Source: Octopus sinensis (lineage: Eukaryota). From it: a stretch of DNA of 64,000 nucleotides. This document shows positions 13,886-25,644 of this stretch, one piece after another. The stretch lies in assembly GCF_006345805.1 (NCBI RefSeq), contig NC_043003.1:49724001-49788000 (forward strand). The letters are read 5' to 3'. How positions within the stretch are numbered: the first letter of the stretch is position 1; every line of letters begins with the position of its first letter. The notes beneath the pieces were generated by a model that was not told the DNA's origin, ran no database searches, and saw only the letters and a program-made list of their open reading frames with translations. A program made the translations under genes and the position numbers.

Positions 13886-14039
13886 CAGCTTTATTATTCA
13901 TGATTTGAGAAAATACATCCAACAGCTTCGTTTCTTAAAACAAGAATTAGCTATGATTTGGAAAATATGCAAATAAAAATGTTTGAGATTAACGAAGATG
14001 TTAAAAATGATCAAATGTTGCGTGTGTGCGTGCGTGTGT

Positions 14040-14085
<46 letters not shown>

Positions 14086-14292
14086 GTTTTTGTGTGTGTG
14101 TGTGTTTGTGTGTGTCTGTGTTTGTGTGTGTGTGTGAAAACTTGGAAACATAAACAATATTTTCAATATAACTTAGATAGGTGGCGAGCTGGCAGAAATG
14201 TTAGAAATCGGGTGAAATGCTTAGCGTTATTTCATCTGCCTTTACATTCTGAGTTCAAATTCTGCCATTGGTATACTTATTAATAAATAAGT

Positions 14293-14524
14293 ATTGTAGT
14301 GTCTTTATGCTTTTTGAGTTCAATCTTAGTCCTTGGAGAAACTTCTTTGGAGGATTAGGATGCATCTGTTTAAATGTAATATTTTGCTTCAGAAGGTTGG
14401 GTGTTAACACAAACGCCCAACCTTTTCAAACAAAACACTACACTTTAACACATGCATCCTAATCCTCCAAAGAAGTTTTTCCAAGGATTATTGTTGAACT
14501 CTAAAAGCATAAAGACTCTACAAT
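14293..14524. repeat. Imperfect fold-back palindrome, 113-bp arms, 6-nt loop
   Basis: The arms pair without indels around the loop aacaca (14406-14411), roughly 85 percent complementary by eye. Confidence 0.85.
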
Positions 14525-14865
14525 GTATTGGTATACTTATTTATTAATTTTTTGTATATATGTATTATTATTTTTTTGAAAAAAAACATTGTAAGTTTCT
14601 TTTTTCCCCTTCCTCAATTTAAAAAAAAAATTTTCCCCTTTCCAAATCTTGAAAATTTGCCTTGCCATGAAAGCTGCTTTGATTTCGTTTTTCTTTTTTA
14701 ATTTTTCATACACCAATTTTTATTAAAATTTACTTTCAATTTAGCATTCTGCCTTATTATTTTTTCCTCTCCTATCATTTCTCCACATGCAGTTAACACA
14801 ACCCCACCATTTACTGACTTATATATATATATATATATACCTGTACATATATATATATATACCTG

Positions 14866-14896
<31 letters not shown>

Positions 14897-14994
14897 GTAT
14901 ATATGCAGAAAGTTCTTGGTACAGTATTATAAATATATTTGATAAAATGAGTAGAGATGGCTTTTTTGAGCAGGGATAATTTTTATTTCAATCT

Positions 14995-15412
14995 TAATAG
15001 AAATGAGTAGCATAAGTAGATAGCTACTTCGACATGGCTGTCCATTCGAATGGACTCTACTGTGATTATTTAACCTAATCAACAGACATCTCTAGCTGGT
15101 TAACGATGCAGAGCTGCATCTGATGAATTGCGAGCAGGGGGAGTGAACCCCTACCACCTTCTAGCGACGGGACCAGTATACCAGTCCTTGTTAGGGGCTA
15201 TTTCTGCTACTCTTTGGTAGTGGACATCTCATCTGCTAGAAATGTCTAGCAGACTCACCCAAAACTGTCTGATGAAAGGGAATGTGAAACTCTGAGTAAG
15301 TTTTTGTGAATGTCTTTGCAGCTTCATTAATAAAGCATATTACTCTACCTCTGGTATTCAAGTACTACTTTTTCCACCTTGTTTCACATGTATGTGCTTA
15401 CTCTGGTATATA
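14995..15412 (+). mobile_element. Probable Penelope-like terminal repeat with a degenerate CTGATGA...GAAAC motif and AATAAA, abutting (TA)n
   Basis: ctgatgaaagggaatgtgaaac at ~15269-15290, then aataaa, then a TA tract. Stem II is not well formed. Confidence 0.4.
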
Positions 15413-15635
15413 TATATATGTATGGTTCCAGGATCAGTCCCAGAACTTGGGCAAGTTTCTTCTGCTATAGCCTGAGGCCGACCAAAGCCTTGTGAGTGGA
15501 TTGGTCGACAGAAACTGAAAGAAGCCCATCGTATATATATATATATATATATAATAATAAATATTAGGGAATAAATCCAAATTTACAGGGAAAAAAATCA
15601 GATTTAGGATTAAATCCAATTTTATAGTAAAATAT

Positions 15636-15811
15636 TATAAAATATTATTAGAGACAAAACCACTATTTTGCAAAACAAACAAGGAAAGACTTAATCAATA
15701 CATAAAATTTTAATAAATAGTCATCTGACTATTATTAAAATTTTATGTATTGATTAAGTCTTTCCTTGTTTGTTTTGCAAAATAGTGGTTTGTCTCTAAT
15801 AATATTTTATA
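15636..15811. repeat. Near-perfect AT-rich palindrome (~87-bp arms) at the end of an element inserted in a SINE's (TA)n tract
   Basis: tataaaatattattagagac...aaatagtca TC tgactatt...gtctctaataatattttata, with two 1-nt indels. Confidence 0.9.
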
Positions 15812-16967
15812 TATATATATATATATGTTTGTGTGTGCATATGTTCGTGTGTCTATGTTTGTAGCCCCAACATTGCTTGACAACTGATGTTGGTGTGTTT
15901 ACGTCCCTGTAACTTAATGGTTTGGCAAACGACCCTGATAGAATAAGTACTAGGCTTACAAAGAATAAGTCCTGGGGTTGATTTGCTCAACTAAAGGCGG
16001 TGCTCCGGCATGGCCGCAGTCAAATGACTGAAACAAGTAAAAGAATAACAGAATATTTATTTATGACTGGCTTCTTTCAGCTTCTGTCTACCAAATCCAC
16101 TCACAAGGCTTTGGTTGGTACAAGACTACAATAGAAGACACTTGCCTGAGGTGCCATGCAGTAGGACTGAACCTGGAACCATGTAGTTGGGAAGTAAATT
16201 TCTTACCACACAGCCACGTTTGTATGGTAAGGTATGTTGTAACTGATATACACTTATAACAGAAGTCAAAAGACTTGAATATTCTTGTTTAATGTCAAGG
16301 ATTCGAAAGAAAGACAGCTGCAACATAGGCTTATTTAATTATTGTAAACACAGCAATTAGTGACATTGATTGGCAACTCTAATAATCAGCTACACAATAC
16401 CAAGATGGTGTCCAATAAACACTTAAATCTTGTTAATTCTTGTCAACGTCTAACTCACTTTAACCCATAACTGCATATAAATTACATCAAGTTTGAACTG
16501 GTGAAACCAAAATGACTCACTTTATGTGGCATCTATGAAATTACCAAATTGAAAGAGGTCCTATATGCTAACAACTTTTCAAAATTGTACATCTGGAGAA
16601 TGTAAGTGTTTTTTTGAAAATTACTAAACCTAAAGAAGGACTTGTTTCAGGTAGGTTAACCATTTTGGGATCAAAGCAAAAGCATCGTAAAAATCTAATG
16701 GTTTCTTGTTAAGATCCAAAGATATAAAGCAGCCGTGTTGGCACCAAGTAGAAAGTTGGTGAATTTTTTTTTCATATTCTTAGTCTTGTTTTCTGAGTTG
16801 TTCTTCATTCTTGTAAAATGGTTCATAGTTTGTGGAGGTTACTTATAATGCTTGGATTAATCTTAGATACTGTTGCCAAATTTTGGGAGGTTCAAAATAC
16901 ACACCATATACATATGTGTATGTGTGTGTGTGTGTGTATGTGTGTGAGTGTGTGTGTGTGTGTGTAT

Positions 16968-17277
16968 GGAGGCAGAATGGCCCAGTGGTTAGGGCAGCGG
17001 ACTCACGGTTGTAGGATCGTGGTTTCAATTCGCAGACCGAGTGTTGTGAGTGTTTATTGAGCGAAAACACCTAAAAGCTCCACGAGGCTCTGGCAGGGAG
17101 TGGTGGCAATCCTGGCTGTACTCTTTCGCCACAACTTTCTCTTACTCTTTCTTCTGTTGGCCTGTTGCTTAGCCAGTGGGGTGGCGTCATTTGAAGGCTT
17201 AAAAAGTTTTAAAGTGCATTGTGACCAGCGATGTGTAGCAACATCTGATAGCCTGGTCAGTCACATGATCATGTGAT
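16968..17277 (+). mobile_element. SINE family C (tRNA head ggaggcagaatggcccagtggttag)
   Basis: A-box and B-box-like motifs; head and body shared with 41300-41607 and 52990-53289. Confidence 0.75.
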
Positions 17278-17629
17278 ATATATATATATATATATATATA
17301 TGCTTGGATAATGCTTATATATTGTTGACTAGCTTTGGGAGATTCAAAACACATACCATATGTGTGTTTGTGTGTGCACATGTGCGTGTGTGTGTATGCA
17401 TGCACACACACCTCAAGTCATATACATTATTATTATTGAAAAAAAATTCCAAGTCTTATAGCTGTTTATGGGATATCCCATCATCAGAGACAAATAGGGA
17501 AAATGAGACAGGTATAGATTAATGAAATGATGACAAAGAGGACAGGAATAATGGAATAAAGAGATGAAGGAAGAGAAGAAAAAAGAAGCATAAAAGTTCA
17601 TAAAACCTTGAAGTCCTAGTAATCCGTTA

Positions 17630-17830
17630 CAGCACTTACCTAGCGTACCTAGTTGTTTAGATCAACTGTGAAATAAACCCTTCTTTGGACTTTTTCTATA
17701 TTTCTGACGAAGAGCTCCTCTCGAAATGTGAAATCCTCTTTCTTTTCTTTCCTTTCCCGAGTGTCCAATAACACTGTACTAATCCCACGTCCTCGCATTG
17801 TTGTTTTATCTTGCTTGTTCATGTTTGGAT
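17630..17830 (+). mobile_element. Hammerhead-bearing short element family 2 (CTGACGA-A-GAG-loop-CTC-GAAA)
   Basis: Motif at 17700-17734; a related copy lies at 52185-52330. Confidence 0.6.
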
Positions 17831-18008
17831 TGACTAACCCATGCTAGCATGGAAAACGGACTTTAAATGATGATGAGGATGATGATAAAATGATATATAT
17901 ATATATATATATATATAGCAATTAAGGACAACTACTTAATAAGGAAAACTTAACAAGAAATTGTCAGGTAGATAGCGTGGCCATCTGGCATGTATGTATA
18001 ATGCCCTC

Positions 18009-18051
<43 letters not shown>

Positions 18052-18829
18052 ATATATATATACACATACACACCATATATTCATATATGTACATTGACCT
18101 TCCACACAATTTCTCATTGGTCAGCCTGGGGTTATAGTAGATGCTTGTCAAAAGTGACATTCAGTGGGAACATACCTAAAGCTATGCAGTTGCAATGCAA
18201 GCTTCCACAGCCACACCTACCCTATGTCTATAAAAAAAAAAGGGAAAAATCCTTGAGATGAACCCAAAAATATCCATCTCAGGAATGGTTAAACCAGTAT
18301 GTGCTTTTAGTTCAACAGTAGAGTCATGTTGGTATACAAAAGTATTTTACATCGTTAGCAAGGACTTACATTAAGGCATATTTTAGTTAACATCTAATAA
18401 CTGGGCCAAACCACGGTAAACATTGTTGCAATTGTCTATTGTCAAATCCTTAAAGAGTCCTGTCTCACATCTGGGGGAAAATGCTTCAATTCTTGAAAAT
18501 CTAAATATTTCAGCAAATTCTCTGTTAAATTTGCTGAAATTTTCTGCTAAGTCTACTCTTTTACTTGTTTCAGTCATTTGACTGTGGCCATGCTGGAACA
18601 CTGCCTTTAGTCAAGTAAATCGACCCCAGGACTTATTCTTTGTAAGCCTAGTACATATTCTATTGGTCTCTTTTGCTGAACCGCTAATTTAGGGGACATA
18701 AACACACCAACATTGGTTGTCAAGCGATGTTGGGGGAACAAACACAGACACACAAACATACACACACACACATACATACTTACCACACAGCCACATAATG
18801 TTAATGTTAAGGATATGAGTCCTAAACAT

Positions 18830-19230
18830 TCTGATGATGAAGTAGCAACTTTGAATGCTAATTGTGCAATAAATAATAATTTACATCATGTAAATTGTAT
18901 ATCAAATGATTACCCTGTTCAAATGCAATTGGATATTGGTACAGCATGCTCCATCATTCTGGTTTCACTGCTAACAAAGTTAGTATTGATTATCACACCA
19001 AGCAACAAATATCTGACTTTTTATATTGGTCCCAAACTTGAAGCATTTGGCTTTACAACCAGTGGTACTTGGTATAAGTAGTTGGCTCTACAACAGATTT
19101 ACTTCACTTTGGAAATGAAAAAAAAAAAAAAAATGAAAGACAGGTAAAAAGCAGCACTTCAGTATTGTTGTGGTTAATACCCTTGTAACTCAGGATTAAT
19201 TGATGTGGACTTTCTGAAAGGCATATCATA
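18830..19230 (+). mobile_element. Gypsy/Ty3-type LTR retrotransposon relic (aspartic protease region)
   Basis: The translation NDYPVQMQLDIGTACSIILVSLLTKL resembles the retropepsin motif xQLDTGAxxSII, with DTG decayed to DIG. Confidence 0.5.
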
Positions 19231-19639
19231 TTCTCATCTATTCTAGGCACAAGGCCTGAAATTTTGGGGAGGGGGCCAGTCAATTAGATCAACCCCAGTA
19301 AACAACAATTACTTAATTTATTGACCTTGAAAGAATGAAAGGCAAAGTCGACCTTGGCGGAATTTGAACTCAGAATATAAAGACAGACGAAATACTGCTA
19401 AGCATTTCACCCAGCGTGCTAATGTTTCTGACAGCTTGCCACCTTAAAGACACATCATATTGTAATGCCTCTTATTATTTACCCTCAATAAATCATAAAA
19501 ACTAATATTTTTGTATCAGATGCAGTTAAATATAAATTTTGTTAAGTTATGTAACAAAAAGAAAGCTGAAAATGAACTCTACCACTTTAAAGTAATGGGA
19601 ATTAAACCTTCATGTTTGTTTAGAAGAAAGATTGTCAGA

Positions 19640-20030
19640 AGTGGCTGTGGGGTAAGTAGCTTGCTTACAAACTATTTGGTTCCGGGTTCAGTCTCACTGC
19701 ATGGCACCTTAGGCAAGTGTCTTCTACATTAGCCTCAGGCCAGCCAAAGCCTTGTGAGTGGATGTGATTGACGGAATCTGAAAGAAGCCCGTCCTATTTA
19801 TGTATATGTATATATATATATATATATATAGGTATGTGAGTGTATATGTTTGTGTGTCTGTGTTTGTCCCCCAACATTGCTTGACAACCGATGCTGGTGT
19901 GTTTATGTCCCCGTAACTTAGTGGTTTGGCAAAAGAGACCAATAGAATAATTACTGGGCTTACAAAGAATAAGTACTCCAGTATGGCCACAGTCAAATGA
20001 CTGAAACAAGTAAAAGAGTAAAAGAGTAAG
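19640..20030 (+). mobile_element. SINE family A, full length
   Basis: Matches the family consensus. Confidence 0.85.
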
Positions 20031-20144
20031 TTAAGAATGTGTGCTGTGATTACCAAATTCATTTAAATGGCAAGATTCAAACTTGTTATCATCCAACTCT
20101 CCATCTTGAACTCAAGTTTTCTTTAATTGCCTAAATGAACTGAA

Positions 20145-20480
20145 GTTCTCTTTTCAAGAGAGAAGGTGTAGAAAATATGCAATGATATGCATATGGAAGA
20201 TTCTAGAAGGTCTAGCACCAAACTTTCGAAATGAAAGCTACACCAAGCACTGAACTGAACAGTACTGAATAGTAAGTACTAAAGATCTCATATTTTTCAA
20301 TTTAGAATAGGGATCCAGTACCTTAACAGCTTGGGTTTCAAGGACTCACATCTATGCGACATTCTGCAAACCAGCCTTATACATATGTGAGGTGTAGATG
20401 TGGAGGGCTTCTAAGAATGTTGGAACAAAATTTTATCTGAGCTACCAGATGAATCTACATTGTGGTGGGTTGTACAAAAA
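20145..20480 (+). mobile_element. CR1-like LINE relic, ORF2 C-terminus
   Basis: Fragments ERRCRKYAMICIWKILEGLAP, NSLGFKDSHLCDIL and VDVEGF*...LSELPDE match the recalled RRRERYxIIYxWKILEGxxPN...NSxxxxGPRLFNxLP...FKxxLDxFLxxxPDEP. Confidence 0.65.
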
Positions 20481-21297
20481 TGAACAGTTCCACCCAACAC
20501 CCTACTTAACCAGAAACAATACAGATAAAGTACCAAATCACACTAAAAGGTAGGGCCCCAGCATGGTCTCAGAATCTGGCTGAAATCAGTAAAATATGAA
20601 ATATAAAAGATTAAAAATAATTGATTTAAAGAGTGCATAGCCAATATCTACCAGAATGCACTTAGCTGATTGGTTTGTATGGAAGCTAAATGATTATATA
20701 TGATAAATATAAACAGTCTTTTCCTTAGTCAATTGACTTCAGGTGGGTTTCAAAAATAGCAGCTCTTTTTCCCAACAGTGTACAGAGTCTATATTGATGA
20801 GGATTATTTATCAGGATGTTATACTTATTTTAGAAGCAATCCAAAATAAATTAAAGAATATAAAAAATGCTGTTAATTCTTAGAATGAAAGAAACCAACA
20901 TATCAATTAATCCAGTTAAATGTAGAAATTATTTATCTTCCATAGATTTTCTAGAAATGAATAATTCAAAGAATGAGATCAAACCATCATTTAATCTAAT
21001 AAAACAAGATTCAGCAGCTTAGTGTTTCTAAATACAAAGAAGAAACTCAGGACTATCTGCAGTTGATAAACTATTATTAGTGGCTTATCCCCAAATTAGA
21101 AAACATAGTTAAACCACATTATACAGAAAAAAAAAAAAAAATGATTACGTTTACCTGATGAATGTACAGGAGAAAACCTTTTGGAAGACAAAAGAACTTT
21201 TTACACTATAACATATTTTGGCAACATTCTCACCCAAGTGCATACCAAACTCACTGCTGATACTTCTGAATTTGCAGCAGAAGGAGCATATATATAT

Positions 21298-21343
<46 letters not shown>

Positions 21344-22319
21344 ATATATATATATATATATGATGAGCTTCTTTCAGTTTCCATCCACTCACAAGGCTTT
21401 GGTCGGCCCGAGGCTATAGTTGAAATCACTTGCCCAACGTGCCATGCAGTAAGACTGAACCTGGAGCTATGTGGTTGGTAAACAAGGTTCTTACCACACA
21501 ATCACTCCTGTACCTGATATGATGATATGATTTTAAAATATTCATGGATTTGGTAAAACCATCAGTGATATAGACTAAAAGTTAGAGATTGTTGTTATAT
21601 CTAGATTTAAATGTTCCTTTCCACTGCTCCAATATACTGCTTAAAATTTATATCCAGATATAACAACTGCCTTTTGATTTTTAGGTACCATGATTAAAGA
21701 CATTCAACTACCTTTTCAACTTTAATCTGGACCAACAACGATAGCAAAAGGAAAATAAATTCTTTTCAAAACTGAACCCTATATTAACAGGTCAAAAGGA
21801 TGTTCAGTATATTCTCTTGAAAAACTACATCTTTTAAAGACTACGTAAATTCCAGGAATGAAAGTTTTTCATATGTCCACACTTTAAGAAATACACCTTG
21901 ACAGAATTTGTAAACCATTAATATCTTATTTACATGTTTATGACATTTGTTTAATGTGACATTGGTTATCTCACCTGTGTTTTGTTTTCTGACTTCTTCC
22001 TTATGGGTGTTCCTTCTTCTAACATCGTCTGCTTAAAAAGCAACTGACAAACGGTCTTGTTCTCAGCTTGAAAAATGGGAAAATAAATGAATGTTTCAAC
22101 TAGGAAACCTTGGCTAGCTGTATTTAGTAAGATTTGTGGTTTTTATTATAACATCTTTACTGTCTTAGCTGATCAGCTCTTATTCTACTTGTTGAAGCCT
22201 TACCACATAATATATATAGACATACATAAATATATCATTATTATCATAATCATTTCACATCCACTTTCTGTGCTGGCATGGGTTAGGCTCTTGTTTTCTC
22301 TCTCTCTCTATATATATAT

Positions 22320-23876
22320 ATATCATCATCATCATCGTTCTCCATGCTAGCATGGGTTGGACGGTTCGACCAGGGATCTGGGAAGCCAGAAGGCTGCACC
22401 AGGCTCCGGTCTTATCTGGCAAAGTTTCTACAGCTGGATGCCCTTCCTAACGCCAACCACTCCAAGACTGTAGTGGGTGCTTTTTACGTGCCACCTGCAC
22501 TGGTGCCAGGCGAGGCTGGCATCGGCCACGGTCGGATTGGTGCATTTTACGTGCCACCTGCACGGAAGCCAGTCGAGGCAGCACTGGCTTCGGCCACGAT
22601 TCGGATAGTGCTTTTTACGTGTCACTGACACGGAAGCCAGTCGAAGCGGCACTGGCATCGGCCACGATTCGGATAGTGCTTTTTACGTATCTCCAGTCCA
22701 GGGGTCCTGGCATCTGCCGAGTGCCAGTCATAGGATTGGTTCAATTTCGATTCCGATTTCACTTGCCCCAACAGGTCTTTGCAAGCAAAGGGGGGTTGGC
22801 ATAGATGCCTGTCGTCGGATGAGGTTCGATATCGACTTCGCTTGCCTCAACAGGTCTTTGTGTGTCCAAGGGAGGAAAAGCATGCATAAGTTGGCTGGAC
22901 TCACTTGTCCTGCCTGGTCTTTTCACGCACAGCAAATTTCCAAAGGTCTCGGTCGCTGGTCATTTCCTCAGTGAGACCTAAAGTTCGAAGGTCGTGCTTC
23001 ACCACCTCGTCCCAAGTTTTCCTGGGTCTACCTCTTCCACAGGTTCCCTCCACTGCTAGGGATTGGCACTTTTTCACACACCTATCTTCATCCATTCTTG
23101 CCACATGACCATACCAGCGCAGCCGTCTCTCTTGCACACCACAACTGATGCTCCTTAGGTCCAACATTTCTCTGAGGGTACTAACGCTCTGTCGAGCATG
23201 CACACTGACATTACACATCCATCGGAGCATACTGGCTTCATTTCTCGCGAGCTTACGCATGTCCTCAGCAGCCACGGCCCATGTTTCACTGCCATGTAGC
23301 ATGGCTGTTCGTACACATGCATCATACAGTCTGCCTTTTACTCTGAGCAAGAGGCCTTTAGTCACCAGCAAAGGTAAGAGCTCCCTAAACTTTGCCCAGG
23401 CTATTCTTACTCTAGTCGTTACACTTTCAGCACACCCACCCCCACTACTGACTTGGTCACCAAGATAGCGGAAGCTATCAACTACTTCAAGTTTTTCCCC
23501 CTGGAAAGTGACGGAAGTTGTTTTCTGCAGATTTTCGGAGGTTAATGCTCCCAAGCATCTGCCACATACAAAAACTATCTTCCCAGTTAGCCTTCCTTTG
23601 ACATTGCTGCACCTCTTATGTGTCCATAGCTTACACTGGGTACATCTTATAGAGTTTCTACCTACACCTTTTCTACAGATCGAGCAGGGCCATCTTCCTG
23701 AAAACATTTGTGGATTGTCTACCTTCCTACTTATTACTACTTTGGTTTTTGCTAGGTCGACTCTAAGGCCCCTCGATTCTAGACCCTCCTTCCACACCTG
23801 GAACTTCTCCTCCAGTTCTGATAGTGACTCAGCAATTAGAGCAAGGTCGTCAGCATAGAGGAGCTCCTAGGGGTAA

Positions 23877-23878
<2 letters not shown>
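22320..23878 (-). mobile_element. RTE-clade LINE, 5'-truncated young copy. The ORF end 23866-22901 is open (ELLYADDLALIAES...PHD-like finger...RYLG...RLRWYGHVARM...GRPRKTW), followed by a repetitive 3' UTR and (GAT)n tail.
   Basis: YADD RT motif, thumb RYLG and the RTE C-terminal RLRWYGHVxRM/RGRP motifs, with 321 sense codons without a stop. The 5' end abuts (TA)n. Confidence 0.92.
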
Positions 23879-23918
<40 letters not shown>

Positions 23919-25209
23919 TATATATATATATAAAGAGAGAGAGTAGGGAGTAGATAGATAGCTAGATAGATATAGATAGATATGCACAATGGGATTCCAC
24001 ATAGTTTCTGTGAACTAAATTAACTCATGAAGCATTGATCGTGCTGTGTAGTGTGACTGAACCCAAAACTTCATGGTTGCAAAGCGAACTTCTCAACCAC
24101 ATAGCCAAGCCTGCACCTAGCGACAAGGGATATAAACAAAACATTGGGATTATGTTGATCATAGTTAAACCAGCCACTGCATTGATTACAGCAGTTTTGT
24201 GTTCTAAGAGAAGCTCAAAAAAGATGTAAAGAAATGTGTGTTTTCCATCTTTTCTAGATTTGGTATTCTTATATGGTGCCAGACAATGAACTCGAATCCA
24301 TTCATTTAGGAGATTGTCTAAACTGACTCGATTGCAAAAATATTGAAAGTTAACTGCAGTCCAAAATCTAATAGAGCAGCAATGATGCCAAACAAACAAT
24401 CAATTTTGTACTAAAAAGTCTATCAATTGGAAAGTTTGATACTGATTGTTAAAAGCTCTTTTCTGCCACCATAGTGCACCAGGTGCATGGGAGTTAGCTC
24501 AAGCTGAGAAATTACTTCAGAGATAATTAAAAGCAGTAGTAAATTCATTTAATGAAACTGACTAAATGGTTCATTACCAGAACAATATATTGAAATTTCC
24601 CAGCTGATTCATGTTGGCAGAAATATAGACTGGATTAAATGTGAAGATGAAAAGGCTCAGTTAATGTCAATAGAACAAATAGCTTCTAGATATCCTTCCT
24701 GAACACATCTGCTATTTATGATAATGTTATCAACGGGCCAACATCACAACCTTCTTCCTCTTCTGGTTAGCTGACTCTTCATCATGTGATCCTCTGTAAT
24801 TATGTTTCTGACATGTCAACACTATAATTTTCTCTGACTATTACTGCTGCTAATGTTCAATCTCCAACACCTCCCATTGATGCAACAGTACTAAATCATG
24901 CAAATCCTCATAGTAACATAATGAAAAGTACAGCGCCACCATATAAGTGCTGCACATCTTAAAAGAAATTCAGAAATTGCAAAGATGTAATCACCATCAT
25001 GATTTATAATCAGTGGAGGGACCTAGAATAACGTCTGTTTATTCTCTTACTAATATATATAGCTTTTTAAAGCAGTGAGCTGGCAGAATTGTTAGCACTT
25101 TGCCTTTCATTCTTTTGGGGTTGATAAAATAAGTACCAGTTGAGTACTGGGGTTGATGTAATTAACTCATTCCCTTCTTCAAAACTGCTAGCCTTGTGCC
25201 AAAATTTTA

Positions 25210-25644
25210 GGATCCTTTTGGTTTGAACGGCAGTTTTTTCTAACGGTGTCATATGAAATTGTCACCCATAATTATGACCCTAGTATCGATCTATTGCATT
25301 TGAATCTGTTTTAGGGTTAGGGTTAGTTAGGGTTAGGTATAGGAGTGGGGGGAAGGGTATCTTTTTTTCTTCAGAAATGTAAATAAACCCAATCTGTTTC
25401 TTAAACGAGGGACATATTTATATGGCACAGAATGTTTTTTTACCTCAATAGACGTCAGTGATTGGTTGAAATTGCAGAAATTGAAGAAAAAAAAACAACA
25501 AATATCTTACAAACTATAGAATTTTCTCAATAAAGCCAAGAGAACAAGATGTTTTATAAACACATTCTACCAGTATACGAAGTATAAAATTTTTTAGTTA
25601 CCTAGAAATTATGTTAAAAAATGCCATTCAAACCAAAAAGATCC
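25210..25644. mobile_element. 435-bp MITE with ~29-bp TIRs (GGATC...GATCC), an 8-bp TSD with one mismatch (aaatttta/aaatttga) and internal TTAGGG repeats
   Basis: ggatccttttggtttgaacggcagtttttt versus aaaaaatgccattcaaaccaaaaagatcc. It is inserted into the tail of a SINE B. Confidence 0.8.

Noticed and set aside
16845-17372. Diverged ~70-bp direct repeat flanking SINE C (16845-16915 and 17298-17372)
   Set aside because: It is too long and diverged for a TSD; most likely an old local duplication next to microsatellites, with no evidence of function.
20330-20392. Exon-like segment cag|...LCDILQTSLIH|gtgag resembling SLC35F6 LCDMTGTSLMY
   Set aside because: It lies in frame within a CR1-like ORF2 relic (NSLGFK...), its donor phase does not fit, and the flanking residues do not align.
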